Shown here piece after piece: positions 39,300 to 51,069 of a stretch of 64,000 nucleotides of DNA. The notes beneath the pieces were generated by a model. The model was not told the DNA's origin. It ran no database searches and worked only from the letters and a program-made list of their open reading frames with translations. The stretch is from Squalus acanthias (taxonomy: Eukaryota), in NCBI GenBank assembly GCA_030390025.1, contig CM059431.1:139688001-139752000 (forward strand), written 5' to 3'. Each line of letters opens with the position of its first letter. Position 1 is the stretch's first letter. The position numbers and the translations under genes are program-made.

Positions 39300-39602
39300 T
39301 GGGGTTTTGATTGTGTAAATAGGGAGAAACTATTTCCGGGGCAGGAGGGTGAGTAACCAAAGGACACAGGTTTAAAATAATTGGCAAAAGAAGCAGAGCA
39401 GAGATGAGGAGGATGTTTTCTGCAGCGAGTTGTTCTGATCTGGAATGCACTGCCTGAAAGGGCGGTGAAGGCAGATTGTACTTGTATCCTTGTAAAGTCA
39501 CAGTTTGCAGGGCTACGGGGAGAGAGAGGGACTAATTGGATCGCTCTTTCAAAGAGCCGGCACAGGCAGGATGGGCCGAATGGGCTGTATGATTCTATGA
39601 TT
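39300..39602 (+). mobile_element. CR1 3' fragment
   Basis: 'ggacacaggtttaaaataattggc...tggaatgcactgcctgaaag...tatgattctatga' tail. Confidence 0.75.
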
Positions 39603-39964
39603 TGTTGCAGATTGATGGGGGCCATTTTGCTGCAGGGTGATGTTGACCATTTTGTGACTGGTTCATGGCGGCCATTTCCCGTTGCCTGTGGGGCGCCATT
39701 TTTAGAGTCCCAGCTGCGCTCTTTTACTGACACTCAGTCTCACCATCTTGTGTAAATTGTATATCCAGCCTCCCGAGTAAGACCCACCCGCTTCAACAGA
39801 CCGACAGGTCGCGTCTACAGTGTCGTTTGGAGAAGGGGGGATGCCGTTTTGAGGAAACTTTATTTAATATATTAAAACAATGAAGTTAGTTTTTTATGAA
39901 AATATCAAGGAGACCAGGCGTGAGCTGAAGTAAGCGGTGGGGTTTTATTAACACAACACAGGGA

Positions 39965-40262
39965 CAACAACAATAACTTGCATTTATATAGCGGCTTCAA
40001 TGTAATGATACGTCACAAGGCAATTACCAGACAAAATTTGACATGGACCCAGGTAAAGAGATTTTAGGACAGATGACCAAAAGCTCGGCGAAACAGGTAG
40101 GTTTTAAGAAGCGTTTAAAGGAGGAGAGAGAGGCAGAGCTGTGAAGAGGTTTAGGGAGGGAATTCCAGAGTTGAGGGCCTTGGCAGCTGAAGTCATGGCG
40201 CCAACGTGGAGCAAAGAAAATCGAGAATGTGCAACAGGCCAGAGGAGAGGAGAGATCTCGGA
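39965..40262 (-). mobile_element. L2-type 3' fragment
   Basis: QGPQLWNSLPKPL and an (aac)n tail. Confidence 0.7.
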
Positions 40263-40275
40263 GGATCGTCGGAAC

Positions 40276-40478
40276 ACTTGTTACAGAGTCTGACTCCTCA
40301 CTGGGAGAGACACACACTGTACACAGGGACACTTGTTACAGAGTCGGACTCCTCACTGGGAGAGACACACACTGTACACAGGGACACTTGTTAGAGTCGG
40401 ACTCCTCATTGGGAGAGACACACACTGTACACAGGGACACTTGTTACAGAGTCTGACTCCTCATTGGGAGACACACCC
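40276..40478. repeat. 55-bp tandem repeat, about 3.6 copies
   Basis: acttgttacagagtctgactcctcactgggagagacacacactgtacacagggac. Confidence 0.95.
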
Positions 40479-40768
40479 AGGAATACTGAGTGCAATTGTC
40501 AGTGTCCCACTGCAGCCCAGACTGAGCCCCACACTGGGCCCTTCCTGTCTGTGCATTTCCCCAGTGCCCCATTGGGGAACATTCAGCCCCGGATATCCTG
40601 CAGAAGCAGCGCTGTGGGGCCGGGCGGCTGAGTCTCGTGACCCTGTGGCTGGGCCTCTGACCTCACAATGTGAGATGACGCTCGCTCAGCTAGAGCTGGA
40701 AACCCTTAAATGGCCGCTTAAAGGGGAGGGGGTAGGAAATCAGCCAATAATGGTCATAATTGAAATGT

Positions 40769-40856
40769 TCACACAAACACTCTCAGTCCGTGTCTGGATT
40801 CCCACAACGACTGCAGGTGCCTCTTTTCATTTGACCTGAATTGATTCTCCCCCAGC
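40769..40856 (-). pseudogene. NLR copy B terminal exon
   Basis: LGENQFRSNEKRHLQSLWESRHGLRVFV*; the acceptor reads caa/g instead of cag/g. Confidence 0.75.
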
Positions 40857-41022
40857 TTGAAACAAATTAAAGATTAAACAGGAAATAAACAGATTGCACA
40901 ACAGTGTAAATAACGGAGACTGGGGTTAATATTTCAATAATTACAACAAATATTACCCATACTAGTGACTGAATCCCATTTATATTTTATTTATTACTTT
41001 AAACATTAACACAAACACTCAC

Positions 41023-41190
41023 CGGATCCGCTCCAGACTCCTGCAGGTCAGTATGAGGCGGGAGAGAGCGGGGACAGATCGGTCTGTGAAGGAGTTTGAT
41101 CTCAGGTTCAGATCGGTTAGTGACCGGATTGTACTGAGAGCGGAGGCGAGATCCTCGGCATCAGAATCTGTGAGACCGACATCCCATAGC
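41023..41190 (-). pseudogene. NLR copy B 168-bp RI-type LRR exon
   Basis: LWDVGLTDSDAEDLASALSTIRSLTDLNLRSNSFTDRSVPALSRLILTCRSLERI, gtgag donor; acceptor reads cgg, not cag. Confidence 0.9.
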
Positions 41191-41327
41191 CCGGGGATCA
41201 GAGAGAAATAACAGGAATCAGAGTAAATCCCCAGTGTTTATTAATAACACTATTACTGATACTAATAATAATGTTCAGTGTCAGACATCCAGTTATTATA
41301 AACACAATCTCACAGTCTGATACTTAC

Positions 41328-41413
41328 TCCAGTTCCTGTATTTTACAGTCCGGGTTCCTCAGAGCCCAGACACTAGTTTCACTCCTGAATCTCCCAGTTT
41401 ACTGTAGCTCAGT
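41328..41413 (-). pseudogene. NLR copy B single-LRR exon, 86 bp (1-bp deletion)
   Basis: tttag acceptor, LSYSKLGDSGVKLVS/ALRNPDCKIQEL, gtaag donor. Confidence 0.88.
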
Positions 41414-41524
41414 CTAAACACAAACAAAGAGTGACAAACAAACTGAATCAAACCCCAGCTCTGATATAATTTGCTCTTTCGGATGTTCCAGCAATCATTG
41501 AAAGTACTTCAGGAAATAAATAAC

Positions 41525-42680
41525 CCGGTTTCCCACCGCGACATCCCACCTGGGCGGGTCGGGTGCTGCCGGCGTCGGTGGTGGGTCACGGCCCCACTCT
41601 GCAGAAGGACTTTCACCTGATTGTCTTGTTAATCCCCACCCAGCACGTTTCCCGGCCAATTAGAGGAAGCGGGTCTGGTGACGTCACTTGATGACACGTA
41701 GCAATCGCTCTCCTTAAAGGGGTCATGCGTAAATTTAGCTTGACATTTGTGCTGTCAGTGTTCTACAGCATTGAGGTGCTGCAAACATGGAGAACCTCTG
41801 TACAGAGGTGCACGGTTGCACCCAGGCTCCCCCTTGACTCCCTCCATGTGCTTATGATTCTCTTCCCTTCCAATGGGCGGAAGAGACCTCACCAGGAGAA
41901 TAACGGAGCCTGGTTGCACATTGCACAGGAAGACACAAGCAGGGATGCCGTCAGGAGGACCAGGCTGCAGTGGTACAAACCTTTCATGAAACGTTACTGC
42001 AAAGCCACACTCAAACTCATCCTGCTGTGCCACTCATCACATCCCCATCACTCTGCCTTCCCTACCCTACTCCTGCACATCCTTACTCACACCAACTTAC
42101 CTTGCACCTCCACCCATCCCTGTCTATCTACATTATCACTTCCCCATCTCACTAGCCACCACTCACACTCACCCTCATCCTAGTCCAATCATACCAACTA
42201 ACACCACACAAGGGAAGCCACTTGGGTTTTTTAGCCAATGTTCATGTGAAGTTTCTGTCAATGTGTTGTCAAACATTGAAATCTTTATTTTCAATACATT
42301 CCGTTCTTGGACAGATTTGTGTGCACCTTTGGAAGTGGCTTAGTGAGTTGCAGTGAATGGTGAGACATAACGGTACCCCCCGCAATGCTGATGAGAGTGA
42401 AAGGAATGGTTTGGGCATTGTAGGGATGCTTTGTGTTGTTGCTGTGGGCTGGTGCCAACCTGGCGCATCATGTGACAAGCCAGGGTGTACAGCTTCAAGT
42501 GAAGAAAATCGGGCCATGGGGAGGCCATTCCTGGCGTCCCGGGCAGCAATGTAGATGGAATAAAATGATCAAGTGGTGATTCCCTGTACTTTATACTCTG
42601 TGCATTATATTAATCTGTATAATATCTCGGGGTAAGTTATATTGCGAAACGCCGCCAAACGATGTAAAATCCGCCCCCCA
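41525..42680 (+). mobile_element. Harbinger-type element remnant with a Myb/SANT-like (NAIF1/MSANTD-type) ORF fragment, in an NLR intron
   Basis: VAPR..DSLHVL..ILFPSNGRKRP....AWLHIAQE.TSRDAVRRT.LQW.K.F matches the trihelix/Myb-SANT pattern. Confidence 0.65.
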
Positions 42681-43582
42681 GGATTTTTTGTAACAAGGAG
42701 GGTTTATTCTGTCCCGTTACAAGTTTTAAATGTCCCTGTGCTCCTAGTTTATAGGGGAGGGGAGTCTCTCACTTTATTCCCCATTAAACTGGCTCTACAT
42801 TTATTTCAGGTGTAACTAGCCCGACAGTTTTTGGGGAATTTTCGGAAGTTCCCTCCCCGAGCGGGGCCTCACACACAGCGGACGGATTATGGGGAATTCC
42901 CGGGTTCACTGCCCCCGGTTTACCCAGGAGCCGCCCGCTGTGTGCGGGGCCCCAGTGTGTCTGTACTCCGGGGCTAATACACCACAACACGTTAGATTCC
43001 AACCTTTTCACCGGCAGATTTAAGATCCTGAATAACAATCTTTACGCAATGTCCAGGACTGTGTATAATTGTAAACATTTACAGCTGAAAGAATTCCCGA
43101 TTCCCCAATATTCCCAATCCAGGAAACTTCCCCCTCGATAAGACACACCCTGCACGGTATTGGAGTAAATATCAAACTGTTAGTGATTTAAACTCGGGTT
43201 TCTCTCCTGTTTCTAGTTGAAATGGTGGATGTGGAAAATATTTTTAATTAATTTTATCTTTACTGCCGGATTATAATTTGCTACCTTCCGCTGTCCAGCC
43301 TTATTAAATATGATTTATTGTAATTAAATTATCAGACTCTGTGACCTGCATTTGCTGATTAGACATAGATTGTAAAATTCTACTTGTTCACAAGGATCTG
43401 TTTTAGATTCTCCAGTCCTCAGTGAATTACTAACCGATCCTCTTATTATTGGTCATATTTGTGTTGAATCTGCTTCTCCCTGGTTTAACTGAACTGTTTT
43501 TTTCCCCTTCATTACGGAACAACAACACAATCCGTGACTGTTCTACAATTCGCCCAACAGTTAGAGACAAATAAACAGTTAC

Positions 43583-45311
43583 CTCAACACCCGGCATTTG
43601 TGCAGTGCGGGTCCCAGCCGCTGGAGTCCTTCACACTGAATGTTGCAGTATTGCAGGTTGAGGTGTTTTACTGTATCACAGAGTCCAATGACATGAGACA
43701 GGACCGCACAGTCAATCGGAGTCAGTCGCAATCCACTAAATGTAAGTGTTTCCACAGATCCCACTGTTTTCTGAGCCAGTGCTGTATTCCGAGACTCAAG
43801 CAGGTAGTGGAATGTGTTCAGGAGGTTCCTTTTACCAGTTTCACTCTGTGTTTCCAATCTGTCCTTCAACCTTCTCCTTCACCCAGTCAATCACTCGGCA
43901 GGTGGTTTGATGAAGAAATGGACCCAGAAACTCCTCCAGGGGCCGAGCTGACTGTGGGGAGGAGAGACCAGCAACAAAACGGAGAAATATCTCAAATCGC
44001 CCATCTTCCTTGCTGTGGGCTTCATTGAAGATTTTCCGGATGTCCCCGGGATCTGGAGTCAGGAATTGTGCGAGTGCGGCTACAAACTCTTGGATGGTGA
44101 GGTGCGGGAATGTGTACACCACGCTCTGGGCAGAATCATCTCTCTCCAAAAGTTCCATCATGAACCCAGACAGGAACTGGGAAGGTTGCAGATTGTATTT
44201 GATCAAATCTCCATTTCTAAACACAATCTTCTTCTCGGAGACTCCTGTGAAGGCCATCTCACCAAGCTTCAGTAACACATCACGGGGGCTTTCAATCTCT
44301 CGGCCATGGTTTTTCAGAATGTTGTAAATATAGGAATATAGTTGGGTGATGGTCTTGGGAACTCGCTGCTGATTCCTGTCTCTTTGTGTAAAGAAGGGAC
44401 CCAGTGAGAGGCCGAGGATCCAGCAGTAGGAAGGGTTGTAGCACATGGTGTACAGGATCTCGTTCTCCTCCACGTGTTTGAAAACAGCTGCTGCCACCGT
44501 CTGATCTTAAAAAACTTGTTGAAATATTCCTTCTGCTCTTGAACAAACTCCAGGATTTCAGCCCAGACACTGATCTCAGCCTTTTCCAATAAATGTAATG
44601 CAGTGGGGCGGCTGGTCACGAGCACTGAACATCCTGGGAGCAGCTTGTGCTGTATTAAACTGTATACAATGTCAGACACTTCACACCAGCATTTGGGATC
44701 TGTGCACATGTGCTGAGGTTCTGTATTTCTCCGATTGTCAGCAAAATCGATGCTGTCCTTGAATTCATCCAAACCATCGAATATAAACAGCAATCTCTCT
44801 GGGTTCTTCCAGAGCTCTCCCAGAATATTCCCAAAGTAAGGATACAGATCCAGTATCAGATTCCTCAGATTTATTCTACAGTTAATAGCGTTCAAATCCC
44901 AGAATTTAAAGCTGAAAACAAATTGAAAGTGTGGGTATATTTTCCCCGTGGCCCAGTCATGAATAATCTTTTGTACCATTGCTCTTTTTCCAATCCCCGC
45001 AACTCCGCTCACTGCTCCTGAACTCCCAGATTTGGATTTTCTCCGGGAAAAACTGCTGTGGAACAACTGATCAGTTCGGATTTTTTCCAGTTCTCTCCGG
45101 AGATGTTTCTCTCACCACTCTTCATGGTCTCGGCCTCTTGCCAGCAGTTCATGTTCTACAAGTGTCCGATCTCGAACAGTAGAAATGACCGTTAGCTCAG
45201 CGTATCGATCAACCAGCTGGAAAACCTTAACCTTCTCCTTTATTAGGATAGTGTTCACGCTCAGTGTTTCAGTTTGTACCCGGAGTGTTTCCTTGTGTTT
45301 CTGTTGAATAT
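43583..45311 (-). pseudogene. NLR copy B NACHT exon (FISNA-like region, NACHT, winged helix/HD2, first LRR)
   Basis: gaag acceptor then DIQQKHK; Walker A GVAGIGK, Walker B LLFIFDGLDE, VLVTSRP, YTFPHLTIQEFVAA, FLRFVAGL; stop at 45112 plus frameshifts; gag|gtaac donor. Confidence 0.95.
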
Positions 45312-46134
45312 CTTCAATTAGAACAGACAGAAAGTGGAGCTCAACATTAGTTGCATTGACATAAAAACTTCTCAATACCACTTTAGTATTCAGTAAAATA
45401 TTGCAAGAACTAATTCAGTTTCAATAGAGGTGTGTGAAGAAATTAAAACTCATTTAATGGAAACCTTGCTTGAAAGTGAACAAAGGCCGAGAAAAGTTTC
45501 CAATCCTCACTTGATTCTAATATTCACTGAACATGGAGATTTCTATGAAGGTGATATTTTGCTCTGATGGTTAATACTATCCGGCCTGCCCTGTACTATA
45601 GACATCGCATTATAAATACACACAAGATCCTGGTTATACGACAGTAGAGGTTCTAGTGGATCAATCTTTGAATCCGTCGGAAAACGGGATTGGTTGCTCA
45701 CCTGAGAGGGACAATGTGCAGAAGATCCACTGTTACTTTTATCAGGCCTTGAGCATGTTTTCTGAGTTAGTGTGGGCACTGAGAGAGCGACAGACTGTGA
45801 ATGAACAGAAGTTCCACCGATAGTGTGTCAGTTCCTGGGCAGGTTATCTGGGGTAGTGTGGGCACTGGGAGAGGGACAGACTGAATGTACAGAAGTTCCA
45901 CCGTTAGTGTGTCAGGTCCTGGGCAGGCATTATCTGCACATCTAATCAGCTAATCACAGCAAGAATGTTATTGCAATGAGGAAAACACAGAAGAATAAGA
46001 TGATCACGTGTCAGGAATTAAGGCAGAGGAAAGGGTGCGGGCGCTGGATTTGTTTTGTTTTGTTTGGAAGAAGAGACTTCAGAATAAAACCGGACAGATC
46101 ATCCGGCATCGACCTCGGCTTCTGACACGACAAC

Positions 46135-46341
46135 GGACCTGGAAATATATCGCCGTTCCTTCATCGTCGCTGGGTCAAAATCCTGGAATTCGCAACCAAA
46201 CAGCACTATGGGAGTACCTTCACCACACGGACTGCTGCGGTTCAAGAAAGCAGCTCACCACCACCTTCTCAAAGGCAATTAGGGATGGGCAATAAATGTT
46301 GTCCTTGCAGCGACGCTCACATCCCAGGAATGAAAAAAAAA
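46135..46341 (+). mobile_element. LINE/SINE 3' tail fragment, same family as 4285-4500
   Basis: 'gttccttcatcgtcgctgggtcaaaatcctggaa...gggcaataaatg' followed by poly(A). Confidence 0.75.
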
Positions 46342-46431
46342 ATCCTGCCAAGTGTGTATGGGGTTTTCACAGTGTATCAGAATCCTGAGGTCGCACAACA
46401 CCAGGTTATAGTCCAACAGTTTTATTTGAAA

Positions 46432-46473
46432 TCACAAGCATTCGGAGCTATCGATCGCCCCTTCCTCAGGTGA
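46432..46473 (-). ncRNA. Hammerhead ribozyme, family 2, left-arm copy with GAAA to GAAU core change
   Basis: Minus strand UCAC-CUGAGGA-A-GGGGC-GAUCGAUA-GCUCC-GAAUG-CUU-GUGA. Confidence 0.7.
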
Positions 46474-48617
46474 AGTAGTAAAGAAATACAGACTCGACAA
46501 AGCATATATAGATAGAGAACAATGCATGTGTACCTTACAATTGCAGACAACTAAATTAAATCATCCTGACTATCTGCCGAGGTGTGATAAAGTTAATCAG
46601 GTCAGCCAGGAAGATACCACATCAAAGACATAGCAAGATACAACTGAGACAATGAGGTGGAGTCGCAGGGGGTCTAACGTGTCAAAAGCTGCCGTCTGTA
46701 TGTAAAACGATAAGCTGTAAAAAAAATTTTACTGGGAAAATTTTTACTTTTTTACTGGGAATCACATCTGTGAACAAGCCAACGACGACTCGAGTCGGGA
46801 TCACGTCATGTATCGTGACATAAACCCAAGATCCCGGTTGAGACCGTCTTCATGAGTGCGGAACTTGGCTATCAGTTTCTGCTCGATGATTTTGCGCTGT
46901 CGTGTGTTCCTAAGCTTGCCTTGGAGAACGCTTACCCGCAGATCCGAGGCTGAATGTCCTTGACTGCTGAAGTGTTCCCCGACTGGGAGGTAACAATCCT
47001 GCCTGGTGATTGTTGCGCGGTGCTCGTTCATACGTTGTCTCAGTGTCTGCATGGTCTCGCCGATGTACCATGCCGCGGTGCATTCTTTCCTGCAACGTAT
47101 GAGGTAGACAACGTTGGCCGAGTCACATGAGTATGTACCATGTACCTGGTGGGTAGTGTCCTCACGTGTGATGGTGGTATCTGTGTTGATGATCTGGCAT
47201 GTCTTGCAGAGTTTGCTGTGGCAGCGTTGTGTGGTGTCGTGGTCGCTGTTATCCTGAAAGCTGGGTAATTTGCTGCGAACGATGGTACTTCTGAGGTTAG
47301 GCGGCTGTTTGAAGGCAAGTAGTGGAGGCGTGGGGATGGCCTTAGCGAGGTGTTTGTCGTCATCGATGACATGTTGAAGGCTGCGAAGAACATGGCGTAG
47401 TTTCTCCGCTCCGGGGAAGTACTGGACGACGTAGGGTACCCTGTTGGTTGTGTCCCGTGTTTGCCTTCTGAGGAGGTCTATGCGATTTTTTGCTGTGGCC
47501 CGTCGGAACTGTCGATCGATGAGTCGAGCGTCATATCCCGTTCTTACGAGGGACGCTCGACTCATCGATCGACAGTTCCGACGGGCCACAGCAAAAAATC
47601 GCATAGACCTCCTCAGAAGGCAAACACGGGACACAACCAACAGGGTACCCTACGTCGTCCAGTACTTCCCCGGAGCGGAGAAACTACGCCATGTTCTTCG
47701 CAGCCTTCAACATGTCATCGATGACGACAAACACCTCGCTAAGGCCATCCCCACGCCTCCACTACTTGCCTTCAAACAGCCGCCTAACCTCAGAAGTACC
47801 ATCGTTCGCAGCAAATTACCCAGCTTTCAGGATAACAGCGGCCACGACACCACACAACCCTGCCACGGCAAACTCTGCAAGACATGCCAGATCATCAACA
47901 CAGATACCACCATCACACGTGAGGACACTACCCACCAGGTACATGGTACATACTCATGTGACTCGGCCAACGTTGTCTACCTCATACGTTGCAGGAAAGA
48001 ATGCACCGCGGCATGGTACATCGGCGAGACCATGCAGACACTGAGACAACGTATGAACGAGCACCGCGCAACAATCAAAAGGCAGGATTGTTACCTCCCA
48101 GTCGGGGAACACTTCAGCAGTCAAGGACATTCAGCCTCGGATCTGCGTGTAAGCGTTCTCCAAGGCAACCTTAGGAACACACGACAGCGCAAAATCATCG
48201 AGCAGAAACTGATAGCCAAGTTCCGCACTCATGAAGACGGTCTCAATCGGGATCTTGGGTTTATGTCACGATACATGACGTGATCCCGACTCGAGTCGTC
48301 GTTGGCTTGTTCACAGATGTGATTCCCAGTAAAAAAGTAAAAATTTTCCCAGTAAAAAAGTAAAAATGTTTTACAGCTTATCGTTTTACATACAGACGGC
48401 AGCTTTTGACACGTTAGACCCCCTGCGACTCCACCTCATTGTCTCAGTTGTATCTTGCTATGTCTTTGATGTGGTACCTTCCTGGCTGACCTGATTAACT
48501 TTATCACACCTCGGCAGATAGTCAGGATGATTTAATTTAGTTGTCTGCAATTGTAAGGTACACATGCATTGTTCTCTATCTATATATGCTTTGTCGAGTC
48601 TGTATTTCTTTACTACT

Positions 48618-48659
48618 TCACCTGAGGAAGGGGCGATCGATAGCTCCGAAAGCTTGTGA
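48618..48659 (+). ncRNA. Minimal hammerhead ribozyme, family 2
   Basis: UCAC-CUGAGGA-A-GGGGC-GAUCGAUA-GCUCC-GAAAG-CUU-GUGA. Confidence 0.8.
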
Positions 48660-50332
48660 TTTCAAATAAAACTGTTGGACTATAACCTGGTGTTGTGCGA
48701 CCGCTCAATTTTGTCCACCCCAGTCCAACACCGGCATCTCCGCATCATATCAGAATCCTGCCAGGTGTGTCTGGAGTTTCACAGTGTATCAGGATCCTGC
48801 CAGGTGAGTCTGGGGTTTTTCAGTGTATCAGGTATCTGCCAGGTGTGTATGGGGTTTCACAGTGTATCAGGATCCTGCCAGGTGTGTATGGGGTTTCCCA
48901 GTGTATCAGAATCCTGCCAGGTGTGTATGGGGTTTCACAGTATATCGGGATCCTGCCAGGTGTGTATGGGGTTTCACAGTGTATCAGGACCCTGCCAGGT
49001 GTGTATGGGGTTTCACAGTGTATCAGGATCCTGCCAGGTGTGTATGGTGTTTTTCAGTGTATCAGCTACCTGCCAGGTGTGTATCGGGTTTCACAGTGTA
49101 TCAGGATCCTGCCAGGTCTGTATGGGGTTTCACAGTGTATCAGGATCCTGCCAGGTGTGTATGGGGTTTCACAGTATATCGGGATCCTGCCAAGTGTGTA
49201 TGGGGTTTCCCAGTGTATCAGAATCCTGCCAGGTGTGTCTGGGGTTTCACAGTGTATCAGCATCCTGCCAGGTATGTATGGGGTTTCACAGTGTATCAGG
49301 GTCCTGCCAGGAGTGTTTGGGGTTTAACAGTGTGTCAGGATCCTGCCAGGTGTGTATGGTGTTTTTCAGTGTATCAGGTACCTGCCAGGTGTGTATGGTG
49401 TTTTTCAGTGTATCAGGTACCTGCCAGGTGTGTATGGGGTTTCACAGTGTATCAGGATCCTGCCAAGTGTGTATGGGGTTTCCCAGTGTATTAGCATCCT
49501 GCCAGGTATGTATGGGGTTTCACAGTGTATCAGGGTCCTGCCAGGAGTGTTTGGGGTTTAACAGTGTGTCAGGATCCTGCCAGGTGTGTATGGTGTTTTT
49601 CAGTGTATCAGGTACCTGCCAGGTGTGTATGGGGTTTCACAGTGTATCAGGATCCTGCCAGGTGTGTATTGGGTTTCACAGTGTATCAGAATCCTGCCAG
49701 GTGTGTATGGGGTTTCAGAGTGTATCAGGATCCTGCCAGGTGTGTATGGGGTTTCACAGTGTATCAGGATCCTGTCAGGTGTGTATGGGGTTTCACAGTG
49801 TATCAGGATCCTGCCAGGTGTGTATGGGGTTTCACAGTGTATCAGGATCCTGCCAGGTATGTATGGGGTTTCAGTGTATCAGGATCCTGCCAGGTATGTA
49901 TGGGGTTTCAGCACTGATAGCGATCTGCACCTGGATTAACTGGAGTAACAAAAAACTACAAATTTACAATAATTCAGAAATCTGAGCAAATATTAACTGC
50001 AATTTATGCAGAATATTTGAGAATTGATAAATCGAAATAAACTTTTATTCTATTTCCCCAGCCTTTGAAATTCTGATTCCCAGTTTTTGACAATCTCTGA
50101 ACAAACAGCTACAGTCAAACATTCGGATTCTCAGGAGTGAAATAAACGGTTTGAAATCTCCATGTCATTACATACCTTTCAGGTGCTTGGGTACTTCGGA
50201 TAAACCTCGTGCGATGTTCATGTAATCAAATGGATCAGAATCTGTTTAAATGAAGCAGCTTTCATGAAATCAGATCTGTGTAATATTATAATAAAATCTG
50301 AATTTGAATTCAGGTGAGTGATTTTACCGTAC

Positions 50333-50392
50333 CAAGTTCCTGTATTTCTTTCAGTATTTTGTCCAACTTTGGTACCCCATGGTGCATTTTCA
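50333..50392 (-). pseudogene. NLR copy B exon 3 remnant (5' two-thirds deleted)
   Basis: KMHHGVPKLDKILKEIQELG then gtacgg donor; homology to 12830-13001 stops abruptly. Confidence 0.85.
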
Positions 50393-50902
50393 TGGCGGAA
50401 GTTCAGCATCACCTTCCCAAAGTCAAATAGGGATGGACAATAGATGTTGGCCTTGCCAGCGACGCCCATGTCCCAGGAATGAATTAAAAAGAGACAGGAG
50501 TAGAGATTAGTGGGGTGAGCAACATCTAGATGAACATGCTAAGTTTTAAGCAGGAGATGAAGGTGAAGAGAAGGATGGGTCCAGCGAATGAATTCCAGAG
50601 CGTGGGGCCTTAGGCAACTAAATGCTCCGTCACCACTAGTAGGGTGAGGGCGTGCACAAGAGGCCAGAGTCAGATGAACAGAGAATTCTAGAGTTGTGGG
50701 ACTGTTGTAGGGCTGCAGGAGGTTACAGAGAAAGGGAGGGGCGAGGCCATTGCTCCAGATTCACAATATTTTCAGTTTTATCTATTTCTTTCCTATTTGG
50801 CCTGTTTCTCTTCAGTAACATTCTGTGATTCTAAGATCTGATATCCTATCAGTTCTGTGATGTTTAAATAATCCAATCTCCTTCTGTGTCCCTCCCACTT
50901 AC

Positions 50903-51069
50903 CCGATGTTCATGTCCACGGAAATGCCTCTCGTATGTTAACAACGAGCTGACTCCGTCCACCCCTCCTTCAATCGCCTGTTCCAGTCTGTCCCGGTAGA
51001 ACTTCGTGAACTGGAACAGCTGGTAATCGTCGCACTTTGTCAAGAGCTCAGTGCTTGTCGAGTTCGGAT
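50903..51069 (-). pseudogene. NLR copy B exon 2 (open, 167 bp)
   Basis: PNSTSTELLTKCDDYQLFQFTKFYRDRLEQAIEGGVDGVSSLLTYERHFRGHEHR, gtaagt donor. Confidence 0.88.

Larger units (their letters stand above)
46388..48747. mobile_element. Palindromic head-to-head Penelope-like element, family 2: two inverted GIY-YIG + pLTR arms
   Basis: Arms 46389-47532 and 47552-48702; both encode C..K.CKTC and VVYLIRC...WYIGET...GLN; 13-bp TSD tatcagaatcctg (46375-46387 / 48748-48760). Confidence 0.97.
46342..49910. repeat. 39-bp minisatellite (ggtgtgtatggggtttcacagtgtatcaggatcctgcca)n: 46342-46387 and 48748-49910, split by a PLE
   Basis: Direct observation, about 30 units. Confidence 0.97.

Noticed and set aside
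46801..48283. Two overlapping 279-aa stand-alone GIY-YIG nuclease genes
   Set aside because: Their N-termini are the antisense of the opposite arm; they are truncated PLE ORF ends with no true ATG start
48675..49985. 436-aa Cys-rich CxxC repeat protein
   Set aside because: Translation of a 39-bp (multiple of 3) minisatellite; open in several frames, no gene structure
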